This document shows positions 8,982 through 19,766 of a stretch of DNA of 30,351 nt, piece after piece. The notes below the pieces were generated by a model. That model had not been told where the DNA came from. It did no database searches and worked only from the letters and a program-made list of their open reading frames with translations. The stretch comes from Prasinococcaceae sp. CCMP 1430 (lineage: Eukaryota > Plantae > Prasinodermophyta): NCBI GenBank assembly GCA_013416795.1, contig RQSC01000001.1, positions 19,332-49,682 on the forward strand, written 5' to 3'. The first letter of the stretch is position 1. Every line of letters begins with the position of its first letter. A program made the position numbers and the translations under genes.

Positions 8982-9451
8982 GCGCCTCGTGCGAGCCGCG
9001 CGCTCAGCGCCGCGGTGCAACACCCTGAGAGGCGACGCGCGCACGCGTTGGTGGCGCGCGGCACGATCAGCCCACGCCGCCCCTCCGCGCGAGCGGCTGC
9101 CCCGCTACAGGCGCGAAGATGTCGACGAGAGCGAGAGCGAGTTGCAGTGCCGCGGGCATGCGCTCGTGGAATGGCGCGCGCGTGCCTGCGATCCTCGCAT
9201 CTATTGTAAGTGTTTCCAGGTGCGGTGTACCACCCAGGCGCACGCGCGGCGCGCCCCGGTGGTGGCGTCGAGTGGAGCACTTGATCGAATAGAATTACTG
9301 TACGTGCACGCAGGACCCGGCAGGCCCGACCGCGTAGCCAGCGGGGCGCACGACGCGAGGCTGGGCCAGGCGGGCGACGGGAGGCATGCGCGAGACGGCC
9401 GGCGCGAGCGCGCGCTGCGGCGCGAGCGCGCGCACCGCGGCGCTTCCTGCT

Positions 9452-10238
9452 CTAGCTGAGACTGAAGGCCAGCTTCTTCTTCTCCTCGTCGCTCTTCGCG
9501 TTCCACTCGGCGATGGGCATGGGCTTCAGCTTCAGGTAGTCGGACCAGATCACCCAGTTGAGGCCGCCCAGGTAGTTGTTGCCGAGGCGCATGACGACGA
9601 TGAGGGACTTGAGGAGCGCCTGGTTGTGGCTGAGCGTGCTATCCAGGACGCGCTCGAGGCCGTTCACGAGGTTGTAGCGCGTGTTGGCCGAGAACCCCAT
9701 GAACATGGACCAGGCGAAGCACGACTTGGGGACGACCGTGTGCTGGTCGGTCGCGAAGGTGTTGACCGCGGTGGTGCCGAGGAAGCCCGTGCAGGTGCCG
9801 ATGCAGCCGTAGAGGCCCATCTTGAAGAAGTACGCCTGCACGCGCTGCGCGAGGGTGTAGTTGCCCTTGGCGAAGATGTGGGCGGGCAGCGTCGCCATCA
9901 GCCTGCCGATGGGCCCGCTGGCCGCCCCGGCCGCGCTCCCGACCGTCGGCGCGAGCAGGAACACGAGGGTCGAGTCGTTCATCAGCGAGACGGTGGTCTG
10001 CGCGATGATGAAGTCGAGCGAGTTCAGGTATCCCTTGAACCCCTTGTCGTTGAGGTTCACGCACGAGATCATGATGGCGTCGTTGAGGCACTCCATCCCC
10101 AGCTTGAAGGTGAAGTTGGGGTCCGCCGCGAGGCGCGCGCTCAAGCCCGCGGCGAGCGCGCCGAGGATGGGCACGCCCCTGAACCGGCCGCCGCCGGATG
10201 AGGCGTCGCCGGAGTCGTCGCCGCCCCCGCCCCCGCCG
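9452..10238 (-). CDS. RETICULATA-related plastid envelope protein (DUF3411); 5' end lost in N gap
   Basis: Gly-rich linker, then RLAADPNFTFKL..E, FMGFSANTRYNLVNGLE and RLGNNYLGG, the hallmark DUF3411 motifs. Confidence 0.88.
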
Positions 10239-11180
10239 NNNNNNNNNNNNNNNNNNNNNNNNNNNNNNNNNNNNNNNNNNNNNNNNNNNNNNNNNNNNNN
10301 NNNNNNNNNNNNNNNNNNNNNNNNNNNNNNNNNNNNNNNNNNNNNNNNNNNNNNNNNNNNNNNNNNNNNTCCTCGGCCGCCCGCGCTCGCTCGCTCGCGC
10401 ACCGCCTCGCCTCGGTCCCTCGCCGCGGCGGCGGCTCGCCCCGCAGCCGGCGGTTCTGGGCCACTCGCTGTAACCCAAACACATTTAGGGTGTCCTCTTC
10501 GGAGGATGTTCAAACTGATATATTTTGTCATATCATTGTGGACCCTCCTCGAGGCCCCCGCGCGCGCGCTCGCACGCCAACGCTTTGCCCATCGGGCGAG
10601 GAGGGGAGGAGGCGCCGTCACACCAGGGATGACGCCGCGATGACCCGGGCGAAAGCGCCGAGCTGTGTCCCAGAATGCTCCGCAACCCCGGGGAAACCTG
10701 CCCAAGGAATGAGACGTACAGGATCCCCCCGCGGCGGCCGGCCCGGGGATGTCCCTGGCTGGACGCTTTCGGTATCACTCGCGCGAGGTAAAGGTTTGCG
10801 CATTTTCAGGTTTCGATGTAGACCCTATTTCGCGCGATCTCTCGGTCCACGTGGATGCCGCCGCCGACGCCCAGCCCCCCACCCCCCCGGCGTCGCTCGC
10901 GAGGGTCCGCGCGGGTCCGCGCGTGATGTCTCGACGCAGCCCCCGTCGCGCGGCGATGGGTTAGGGTTGGGGACCATACCCCAACGCGTGCGGGGTTTGT
11001 GCAGGGGATCTTTCCCTCGCCCGAAAAAGCGCGCACGCGTGCGCGCGCGCGCGCGTGCGCTGAGTGCGGGGGGGTGGGGGGGTGGGGGGGCGGAGAGGAG
11101 GAGGGGGGGGGGCGTGCCACAGCGAGAGCGCGCCCGGGGACGGGGACCCCCGACCTCGCCCCGCATCCCGAGGCGCAGCC

Positions 11181-12776
11181 ATGCGCGCAGCGTCCGCGGC
11201 GGCGCGCGGCGGTACNCGCGCGCGGTGGCGGTGAACACTCCGGCCGAGGGACCGGGCAGCGCCGTCTCGGATGAGGACAGGGCCGCCTTTTACAACGCGC
11301 GGTGGCGGATGTTCTTCGGCATCCTCGCGGGCTATGCCACGTACTACTTCACGCGGCTATCGTTCACGGTGCGGCGCGCGTGCGCGCGCGACGGCGCGCG
11401 AGCGCGAGCGCGAGCGCGAGTCGGCCCGGCGGCCCCTCAGCGCGCCGCGCTAACGCGCGCGCGCGCTCTCACGCCCGCCCGAACGCCCGAACGTACCCGT
11501 CCGTCCGCCCGTCGCTCGGCGCCCGCAGCACACGGCGCCCTTCCTCCGCACGTCGATGGGATGGGACCTCACCACGCTCGGCGTGATCACGTCGGCCTTC
11601 CCGCTGGCGCACGCGTGCTCCAAGTTCGCCTCGGGCGTCGCCGCGGACAACACGTCGCCGCGCAACCTCGTGGCGCTCGGCCTGCTCATCACCGGCGTGC
11701 TCAACATTGCCTTCGGCGCGGGCAACACCGTCGGCTGGTTCGCCGCGGTGTGGGCGCTGAACGGCGTCTTCCAGGGCTTCGGCGCGCCGCCGTGCTCCAA
11801 GCTGCTCACGAACTGGTACGCGGGCTCCGAGCGCGGTCGCTGGTGGGGCGTGTGGAACACCTCCCACAACATCGGCGGCTTCCTGATCGCCCTCCTCGCT
11901 GCCACCGCCGCGCGCGAGTTCGGCTGGCGCGCCGGCATGATTGTGCCCGGGCTCATCGCCATCGCCATGGCGGGGGTGGTGATGCTCGCCGTGCGCGACA
12001 AGCCCGCCTCGTACGGGCTTCCCTCGGCCGAGAGAGTGCTCGGCGAGGAGACGGCCATCGCGGGCGCCGGCGCTGCGGACGACGACGAGGCAGACGGGGA
12101 GGAGCTGAGCGGCTGGGCGAAGATCAAGGAGGGCCTGAGCAATCGCAACATCTGGCTCTTGGGCATGGTGTACTTCTGCGTGTACTTCGTGCGCCAGGGC
12201 GTGGTCAACTGGGGGGCATTCTTCCTGCTGGACGCGCGCGGCGCCGCCAGTGCAACCGACGCGGCCTTCCGCATCAGCGGCTTCGAGGTGGGAGGGCTGC
12301 TCGCCAACCTCTCCGCGGGCTGGCTCGCCGACTCGCTGCAGCGACGCGACCCGAACGCGCCGGCCGCGGGAAGGCGCGCCTTCGTCATCATGCTCTACCT
12401 GGGCGTGACGGCGGCCGCGCTGGCCGCCCTCGCGCTGGTGCCCTCGGGCGCCGCTGTCATGAGCCACTGGCTGGCCTTCGCGTTCCTGGGGCACGCCATC
12501 TACGGGCCGCAGCTGCTCGTCGCGGTGACGGGCGCGGAGATCCTGCCGAAGCGCTCGGTCGCCAGCGCCAATGGATTTCTGGGCTGGCTCAGCTACATGG
12601 GGGCGATCTTCTCGGGCCTGCCCCTCACCATCGCCGTGCGCCAGCACGGCTGGGAGACCTATTTCTCGCTGCTGCTGGCGGCGACGGCCGTGGCGGTGGT
12701 GCTGTGCATTCCGCTGCTGCGAGTGCCCTCGCACAGGCAGGTGGTGGCGAAGCAGCGGCTGCGGGCCGCGCAGTGA
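11181..12776 (+). CDS. uhpC: UhpC/GlpT-type (OPA family) MFS sugar-phosphate transporter; exons ~11181-11368 and 11529-12776
   Basis: GYATYYFTRLSFT|HTAPFL, SKFASGVAAD, WALNGVFQGFGAPPCSKLLTNWY..SERGRWWGVWNTSHNIGG, YGPQLL, ANGFLGWLSYMG. Phase-0 intron 11369-11528. N at 11216 breaks the transit-peptide frame. Confidence 0.9.
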
Positions 12777-12954
12777 GCGCCGCTCAGCTCGTGCGACGTC
12801 CTCTAGGGGGCGGGCGAGCATCGCCGTGCACGCCGCGCAGACCATTGTCGCGTAACGCACCGAATGTACAGGTACAAGACACGGTGTTTACGGCAAAACA
12901 GTGCAAGCGGCGCCGCGCACCTCTCTCGCGATGCGGCGCCGGCTCGTCGCGCGC

Positions 12955-13590
12955 TCAGCGCAGGTACTGCGTGGTCAGGTAGAGCGCGATCAGGCTCGTC
13001 TCCGCCGAGAACGTCACGGGCCGCGTGATCAGCCCGTCGCCCGCGAGCCCGCTCACTACGCTTCCCGCCAGCGCGCCCGCCACGAGCGCCCCCGCCCCGA
13101 GCGCCGCGGCGCGAGGCAGCGCGGTGTACTTCTCCGACTTCAGCAGGTAGACCGATCCCGCCAGTCCCAGCCCGACCTGGAGCGCCCACACGTCCGAGAG
13201 ACCCTCGTACTGCGCGGGCACGCCGAACGACGCCAGCAGCACCCACACGCTGAGGCCGCCGAACACCGCGGCGGCCGTCGGCGCCGTCGCGGGGCCGAGC
13301 GGGTACTGCTCGGGCGCGCGCACGCCCAGCTTGCCCAGCGCCTTCGCCGCGCGATCGGCGGGCGTGAGCTCGGGCACCACGTCCGCGTACTTGACCTGGC
13401 TGTTGGTGGTCACGCCGCTCTGGCGCCGGCTGAGCGACGCCATGAGCAGGATGTCGTAGGCCATCTCGACCTCGGCCTTGCGGTCGTCGCCCACGCTGCC
13501 GCGCAGCAGCTGGTTCTTCGCGCGCACGATGTTATCGAACGACGCGTCGCGCTTGACGCCGAGGATCTCCCGCGCCGCCTCGGAGCTCAT
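12955..13590 (-). CDS. CPP1: Chaperone-like protein of POR1 (DUF3353, J-like domain); N-terminal extension likely to ~13750
   Basis: AREILGVKRDASFDNIVRAKNQLL...EVEMAYDILLMASLSRRQSG...VKYAD followed by several TM helices. Confidence 0.8.
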   Translation of the reverse strand: MSSEAAREILGVKRDASFDNIVRAKNQLLRGSVGDDRKAEVEMAYDILLMASLSRRQSGVTTNSQVKYADVVPELTPADRAAKALGKLGVRAPEQYPLGPATAPTAAAVFGGLSVWVLLASFGVPAQYEGLSDVWALQVGLGLAGSVYLLKSEKYTALPRAAALGAGALVAGALAGSVVSGLAGDGLITRPVTFSAETSLIALYLTTQYLR

Positions 13591-14345
13591 CGTCGTCGAC
13601 GACGACGGCGAGGCGCCCCCGTCGTCGTCCTCGCCGCCGCCGCCGCCGCTCCCTCCCGCGACCGCGCGCGGCGACACCAGCGAGCGAGCGCTGCTGCTGC
13701 CGCGCGGCGCCTCGCGCGCGTTCGCGCGCGCGCTCCGCGAAACGAAAACTGCGGCTTGCGCCCCGCGCAGCGCGCGCAACCCCGCGACTTCTGGTCTATC
13801 TTCCACTTTCCGCGCGCGCGCCCGCGCCGCTTCCGCGCGCCGCGACTCCGCCCGGACTTCGCGGAAACGCGTCCCGAAATGCCCTCCCCGGCCGCGAAAC
13901 GCGCCCGGCCGACAGAATCGCGATCTTTCGCTCCGCGCGGGCGCCCGCCCGTCCCTCCTTCCATTTAGGGTAAAAGATCAAACCCAAACATAATCACATT
14001 TAATTCAACACATATATGTAAACCCTCTAACCTCACGCGTCACGCGCGGTCGCGAGCGACGTACAGCGTGCGCCAACGAACCTGGCGCCCTGCCGTCGTT
14101 CTCTCCCGTGGGTACGTATACCGCGCGCGTGGATGGTTGGTTGGGACGAGCGCGCGCGCCACCCCCACCAACACGGCAACACCCCCTCGGAGGTGCGCAC
14201 CGAACCAACCCTGCGTTTTTTTGTTTTTTTTTGGCGCCGCGCAGCGCTCTTCGTCCGCACCAGAGCGCGCGCGCCGAGCGGCGCGTCCCCCCCTCCCCCC
14301 CCCTTTGCTCTGGAGGGAGGGGCGGTCGGAGGGGAGAGGCGGGAC

Positions 14346-16042
14346 ATGGCCGCGGCTCGCGCGCCCGCGCAGGCGGGCGAGCCCGTCGACGCGCGCGCGC
14401 GCGCGGCNNNNNNNNNNNNNNNNNNNNNNNNNNNNNNNNNNNNNNNNNNNNNNNNNNNNNNNNNNNNNNNNNNNNNNNNNNNNNNNNNNNNNNNNNNNNN
14501 NNNNNNNNNNNNNNNNNNNNNNNNNNNNNNNNNNNNNNNNNNNNNNNNNNNNNNNNNNNNNNNNNNNNNNNNNNNNNNNNNNNNNNNNNNNNNNNNNNNN
14601 NNNNNNNNNNNNNNNNNNNNNNNNNNNNNNNNNNNNNNNNNNNNNNNNNNNNNNNNNNNNNNNNNNNNNNNNNNNNNNNNNNNNNNNNNNNNNNNNNNNN
14701 NNNNNNNNNNNNNNNNNNNNNNNNNNNNNNNNNNNNNNNNNNNNNNNNNNNNNNNNNNNNNNNNNNNNNNNNNNNNNNNNNNNNNNNNNNNNNNNNNNNN
14801 NNNNNNNNNNNNNNNNNNNNNNNNNNNGGCGGCGGCGGCGGCCACCGCAGCAGCGGCTGAGGCCGCGGCGGCCGCGCTGCGCTCCCGCGGGGGCGAGGCT
14901 GTTGCGCGGCAGCTCGAAACGTTGCAGCGCGTGTTCGAGCTCGCTGCGGACGGCTCTGGCGTGGAACAGCCGCTGTGCCTTGAGTGCGCCGACATGATGT
15001 GCGAGGAGATCGGGCGGCAGGTGGAAGAGGCCGAGCTCGCCGCGGACGAGTACGAGGCAGCGCTCGCCAGGATGCGCGCGGACGCGGCCGTCGCTGATGC
15101 GTCCGGGCAGGCCGAGGCGCTCGCGGCCGCGGAAGAGGAGGAGCTCGCAGGGCTGGAGCGCCGCGCGGCTGCGGCCGAGGCACAAGCGGCGGAGGCGACG
15201 GACGAGCTCGCCAGTGCGCGCCGGCACGAGGCGCGCGTGGCGGCGCTCGAGGAGGGATACTGGCGCGAGTTTCACTCCTTCCAAGAGGAGTTGCGAGCGC
15301 ACGAGGACGAGCGCGACGCGACGCTCGCCGCGCTGCAGTGGACGCAGGAGCAGTTGGCGAGCCTGCGCGGCGCCAACGTGCTCAACGATGCCTTTCACAT
15401 CTGGCACCGCGGCAAATTCGGCACAATATGCGGGTTCAGGCTCGGGCGCTTGTCCGGCTCGGGCGTCGAGTGGGACGAGATCAACGCGGCGTGGGGGCAG
15501 GCCGTGCTTTGCCTGCACACCATGGCCACGGCGGTCGGGCTTGCGTTCCATAGCGCCAAGCTGCTGCCGATGGGGTCGTACCCAAAGGTGGCAGATAGCC
15601 GGGGCAGGCACGAGCTCTACGGGCCCGTGAATGCCGTGTTCAACTCCGGAGGGTACAACAAAGCGCAGTCGCTCTTCCTCTTCTGCCTCAACGAGTTCGC
15701 TGCGCACGCGCGCACCATCACGCCCGACTTTCAGCTGCCGTACGCCATCGAGGGCGAGAAGGTTGGCGGCACGCCCATCCGGCTGACGGCCATGCGTGAC
15801 GAGAGGTGGACTCAGGCGCTCAAGGTACGAATAGCGGGCAAGCACATGCGCGCACGCATACCACTGGGATCTCTGTGCTACGAGCTCTGACGTGTGCGCG
15901 CCGCTCGCACGCTGCGCCGCCCTCGTGATGCGTGCACGCTGCGACGCCGCAGTTCACGCTCACGAACCTGAAGGTGTGCCAGTTGTGGGTCATCGAGCAG
16001 CAGGCTGGCGCCCAGGGCACCTCGGCGCCTGTGCACGAGTAG
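14346..16042 (+). CDS. ATG6: Beclin-1/ATG6/VPS30; last intron 15825-15952; N gap 14408-14827 in the 5' part
   Basis: QPLCLEC, coiled coil, NVLNDAFHIWHRGKFGTICGFRLGRL, VEWDEINAAWGQAVLCL, LPYAIEGEKV, WTQALK|FTLTNLK. Confidence 0.95.
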
Positions 16043-16182
16043 CTGGGCCCCTACCCGTCCCACGCCCCTGTGTGAATATACTGTACTTTGTACAACTGCG
16101 ATTGGCACGCGCGCACATCTCATTTGCGTGCGACTTCCGCGTGGTGCGTGGCGGTTGCGCCAGAGCGAGCCGCGGGGGCCTT

Positions 16183-16185
<3 letters not shown>

Positions 16186-16236
<51 letters not shown>
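16186..16236 (+). repeat. 51-nt poly(C) homopolymer ending in an AG acceptor
   Basis: Seen directly; the length may be an assembly artefact. Confidence 0.85.
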
Positions 16237-16238
16237 AG

Positions 16239-17299
16239 CGCGAGGCGCGCGGCGCACAGCGCGTGGCGCAACGCCAGCGGGCTGCTCGTGCTGCGGGGCG
16301 GCGGCGGGGCGGACGGGGCGCCGCCGCTGAGCGCGTACGACCTCGTCAGGCTAAGCGCCGCGTTTGGCGCCGTCGAGCTCAACCCGGGCGTCCGGGACGA
16401 GTTCCTGCTCGGCGGCAAACGCGAGGTGCAGGTGCTCGGCACCGGCGACGGCGCGTTGCTCAACGCCTGCAGCGAGAGGCAGCGCGTCGGCGCCGAGGGC
16501 TGGCAACACGCGCTCACATGGCACACCGACCAGCTCTTCCGCGCGCCCCAGCCGCGCGGGAGCGCGCTCGCGTGCGTCGCGCCGCCGCCCGTCGCGCCGC
16601 AGGCGGCGACGGCGTTCATCTCGACTGAGCTTGACGGCGCCCTCGAGGCGGCGCCGCAAGCGCTGGTGGAGAGCTCGCTGGAGGTGCTCGCACGCGCGGG
16701 CCTCGTGGCTGCCGCGCGCGGCGCGGTCGGCGACGCGCGCTCGGCGCTTCGCGAGGCGCTCTGCGGCCTCGACGTGCACTGCTCGTACAGCCACCACAAC
16801 GGTGAGCGCGACCCGGCGGGCGAGCGCCTCCCGCTCTCGCGCTTGCTTTGCCCCACGCTCCTGCCTCGCCCGAAGTCGCCTTCGCTGACGCGCGCGTGCG
16901 CGCGCGCCGCGCACAGCTGTGGCGGGGCACCCACCGCTCACGGAGGAGCAGCGCGCCGCACACCCGCCGCTCACGCTCGCCGCCGCGCGCGACTACGGGG
17001 ACGGCGCCGGACTCTACCTCAACTGCCTCTCGAGCGCCGTCATGGCCGCGCTCCCCCGCGGCGAGAGCCTCACGCCGGCGCAGGTCGTGGCGTACGAGGT
17101 GAGCGGTGAGAAGCACGCGAGCGCGCGGGCGCTCTACGACTGCGTGCTGCCGCTGCTCGCGCAGCCGTCCCGCGTGTACGCCCACGAGTGGAAGCTGGGC
17201 GATGTGGTGGTCTGGGACAACTTGCGCTCGGCGCACGCTCCGACGTGGTTCGACGCGAGCTCGCACACCCGGACCATGTGGCGCACCACGTTCGCGTGA
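16239..17299 (+). CDS. TauD/TfdA-family Fe(II)/2-oxoglutarate dioxygenase; exons ~16239-16801 and 16917-17299; start not found
   Basis: GLLVLRG, WHTD (HxD), HEWKLGDVVVWDNLRSAH (distal His), RTMWRTT (2OG-binding Arg). Phase-1 intron GTGAGC..CAG. Confidence 0.88.
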
Positions 17300-17455
17300 G
17301 GCAGCGCCCACGAGCAAATCCCTCGCGCGCTCGCACATAGTTAGCCACGCCGCGCACCCTTTTTGTAGTAGTAGTCGAGTGTGCGTTACGCGGCACCGCG
17401 TGCGCCCTCGCGAGGCGCGTCGGCCTGAGTTGCAACGATACGGCTCCGAGCGTGT

Positions 17456-18100
17456 CTATGGCTGCAGGCGACTCTTGCCGTCCGCTGAGTAGCCACCCTC
17501 CTCGTACGTGAGCGCGGCGTTGCCCACGCCGAGGCCGGATTTGAGAGCTTCCGTGCCGGTCGATACCCACTACAGGCGTGCCGCCCGTGCGCGTCAGCAA
17601 GCATGCACAGGCGTGTGCACAGCCTTCCCCCCACCCACCCACCCACCCACCCACTCGCGCTCGCGCTCGCGCTCGCGTGCGCGCACCGCACCTTTCCTTT
17701 CGGCGGGGCAGGCCTGCCCGTGCTAGTGTACACCTCGCTCCAACCCTCCCAGCCGCCCGCCATGACTGCAACGCTCGCCCATCCGGCGTCCTCGAGCGCC
17801 TGCGCTGCCTGGGCTGCCGCGCCCGAGCCATCCGCGTCGCAAACGAGCACACCGGTCGTCTTGGAGGGCACCTCGCGCGCGGCGCGCGCGGTGAACGCCG
17901 CCGTGTCGCCGCCGGCATCAAACGGCACGTTGTGCGCGAACCGCCAGCCGCACACGCGCCCCGACGTGGACGTGACCTTGGTGAGGTGCTGCATGTCGTA
18001 CTCGCGCGCGCCGCGCACGTCCAGCCAGCGGTAGCCCCCCCCTTCGGGCAGGGCGGTCATCAGGCGGTGCGCCTCGGCGGGACCGACCTCCGCCGCGGCG
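17456..18100 (-). CDS. Rhodanese-like domain protein, probably plastid; exons ~18100-17692 and 17569-17456; upstream exon uncertain
   Basis: EVGPAEAHRLM...WLDVRGAREY...HNVPF...VLVCDADG...ALEDAGW..VAVMAGGWEGW. Phase-0 intron gives PPKGK|WVSTGTEALKSGL. Confidence 0.8.
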
Positions 18101-18561
18101 CGCGCCCGCGCTTCTCACCCTGACCTCCACTGTGTTCACGCGACGGCGACCCCGTGCCCAGAGCCACGCCGCGCGACGCCTCGACCTCGCGCTCGGAGGA
18201 GCGGTCGAGCGCCGTGCCCTGGACGCCCCGGCGGTGAAACGGTGGGGAAGGCCGTACAGGAGGACAGGGGGGGTGCTAGGAGGGGAGGGCACGCACGCAC
18301 GGGCGCGCGCACGTGCGCGCTTCTTTCCGCCGGCGTCGCCCCTCGGGCGCTGCAAGAAGGGCCACACGGCGCGCACGTGGCGTGGCCGCCTATATTTCAT
18401 CTCCGCGAAAACATCTCATATCATCCAAAAACTTCCACAACATACGTTTGCAGTAGATTTCGCTTAAAAATAACGCGATTTGCCAACAACAACAACAAAA
18501 AGAAACTGGCTCCGTCCTCGCCCACCCTGATGAAAATGAAAATAAAATCGNGGGCGCGGAG

Positions 18562-19766
18562 GTGGCGCTCGCCGCGCGGGAGGTGTCGCGGGCCGCCGGC
18601 GCGGGGCCGAGGGGGAGAGGCGGCGCAGCGGCGCACGCCGCAGCAGTGCGCCACCTTACAGCCTTCGAGGCCGCGCACGGCCTCCAAGCTGGAGGGGCGC
18701 GAGAGAGCGCGCCAGCGCCCGACGAGATTCCGCGCCTCGTGCATCAGCAGTACAGCTCCGCGGACGTGCCGCAGCGATGGGCGCTCGCACACAAATCGTG
18801 GGCCGGGCGCAACCCAGGCTACAAGTGCGTGCTGTGGACCGACGACGACCTCAACGCGCTCGGTACGCCAGCGCTCCCGTGCGTGCCAGCCCGCGGTGAA
18901 TAGCTGGCCCGAGGCACAGTTCGCCCGCCAGCCCGCCGAGCCTGCCGCCGTGCTCGCCGCCCCGTCCGCCGCCGTCGCGCAGCTGACCCGCTGGTCGCGC
19001 CTTTCCCCCTCCTCCAGTCGCCGCGCGCTACCCTTGGCTCGTGCGAACATACCATGGCTATCCCTACACAGTGCAGCGAACCGACGCGGCGCGGTATTTG
19101 CTGTTGTACGATTACGGTGGCGTGTACGCCGACCTCGACGTGGGCATCAAGAAGGGCGGCTTCGGTTTCGAGCCGGTGCGCGCGGCGGCGCGCGGCCGCG
19201 TGGTTCTCGCGCCCACGTCGCCGATGGGCTACAGTAACGACCTCATGGCGGCGCCGCCGCGCCACCCCTTCCTGCTGCAGCTCATCGAGGTGCTGCGGCG
19301 CGAGGACTACAGCCGCGCCCTGCAGCTGCCGACCGTGATGCTCTCGACCGGCTCGCTGCGGCTCTCGGTCGAGGCCGCGCGATGGCCCGAGGCGAACGAT
19401 TTCTATGAGCTCAGCGCCGTGCAGTACGGCACAGCAAGCGAAGATGCCACTGGTGGCGGCGGCGTGGAGAAGGCTGGAGGGAGCGGCGGCGGTGGCAGCG
19501 GCACTTCCGATGAGGGCCGAACGCGCGCGGTCGTGTACCACTTGCGCGGCTCGTCGTGGCACTCGGCCGACACGGCGGCGCTCACGGCCGCGTGGACGCG
19601 GCTTGCCGCGGCCGACGTGGGCAGCGGCGCCGGGGGGGGTGCGACGGTGGCAGCCGCGGCGGCCTCGGCGCTCGCGTGCGCCGCTTGCTGCGTTGCCGCG
19701 ACGCGCCGCCGCCGCCGCCGGCGGCTGCGAGCGGCGGCCGCGCAGCAGCAAGATGGAGGCGTGTAG
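18562..19766 (+). CDS. GT32 DXD glycosyltransferase, SUR1/CSH1 (MIPC synthase)-like; exons ~18562-18862 and 19018-19766; 5' partial
   Basis: IPRLVHQ, SW..RNPGY..VLWTDDD, RYPWLVRTYHGYPYTVQRTDAARYLLLYDYGGVYADLD, SNDLMAAPPRHPF, STG, YHLRGSSWH, then a C-terminal TM and poly-Arg. The phase-1 intron restores the frame. Confidence 0.88.

Noticed and set aside
9000-9450. Short ORFs between PRXQ and the RETICULATA-related gene
   Set aside because: No recognisable domain or codon bias; consistent with convergent 3' UTRs.
16239-18100. TauD plus rhodanese as a sulfur-scavenging cluster
   Set aside because: The genes are convergent. The rhodanese loop reads VLVCDADG, with Asp apparently at the catalytic position as in inactive domains, and the TauD substrate is unknown.
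18385-18550. AT-rich island as a foreign insertion or MITE
   Set aside because: No terminal repeats or TSD seen. It sits between divergent genes like the other AT-rich promoter islands in the window.
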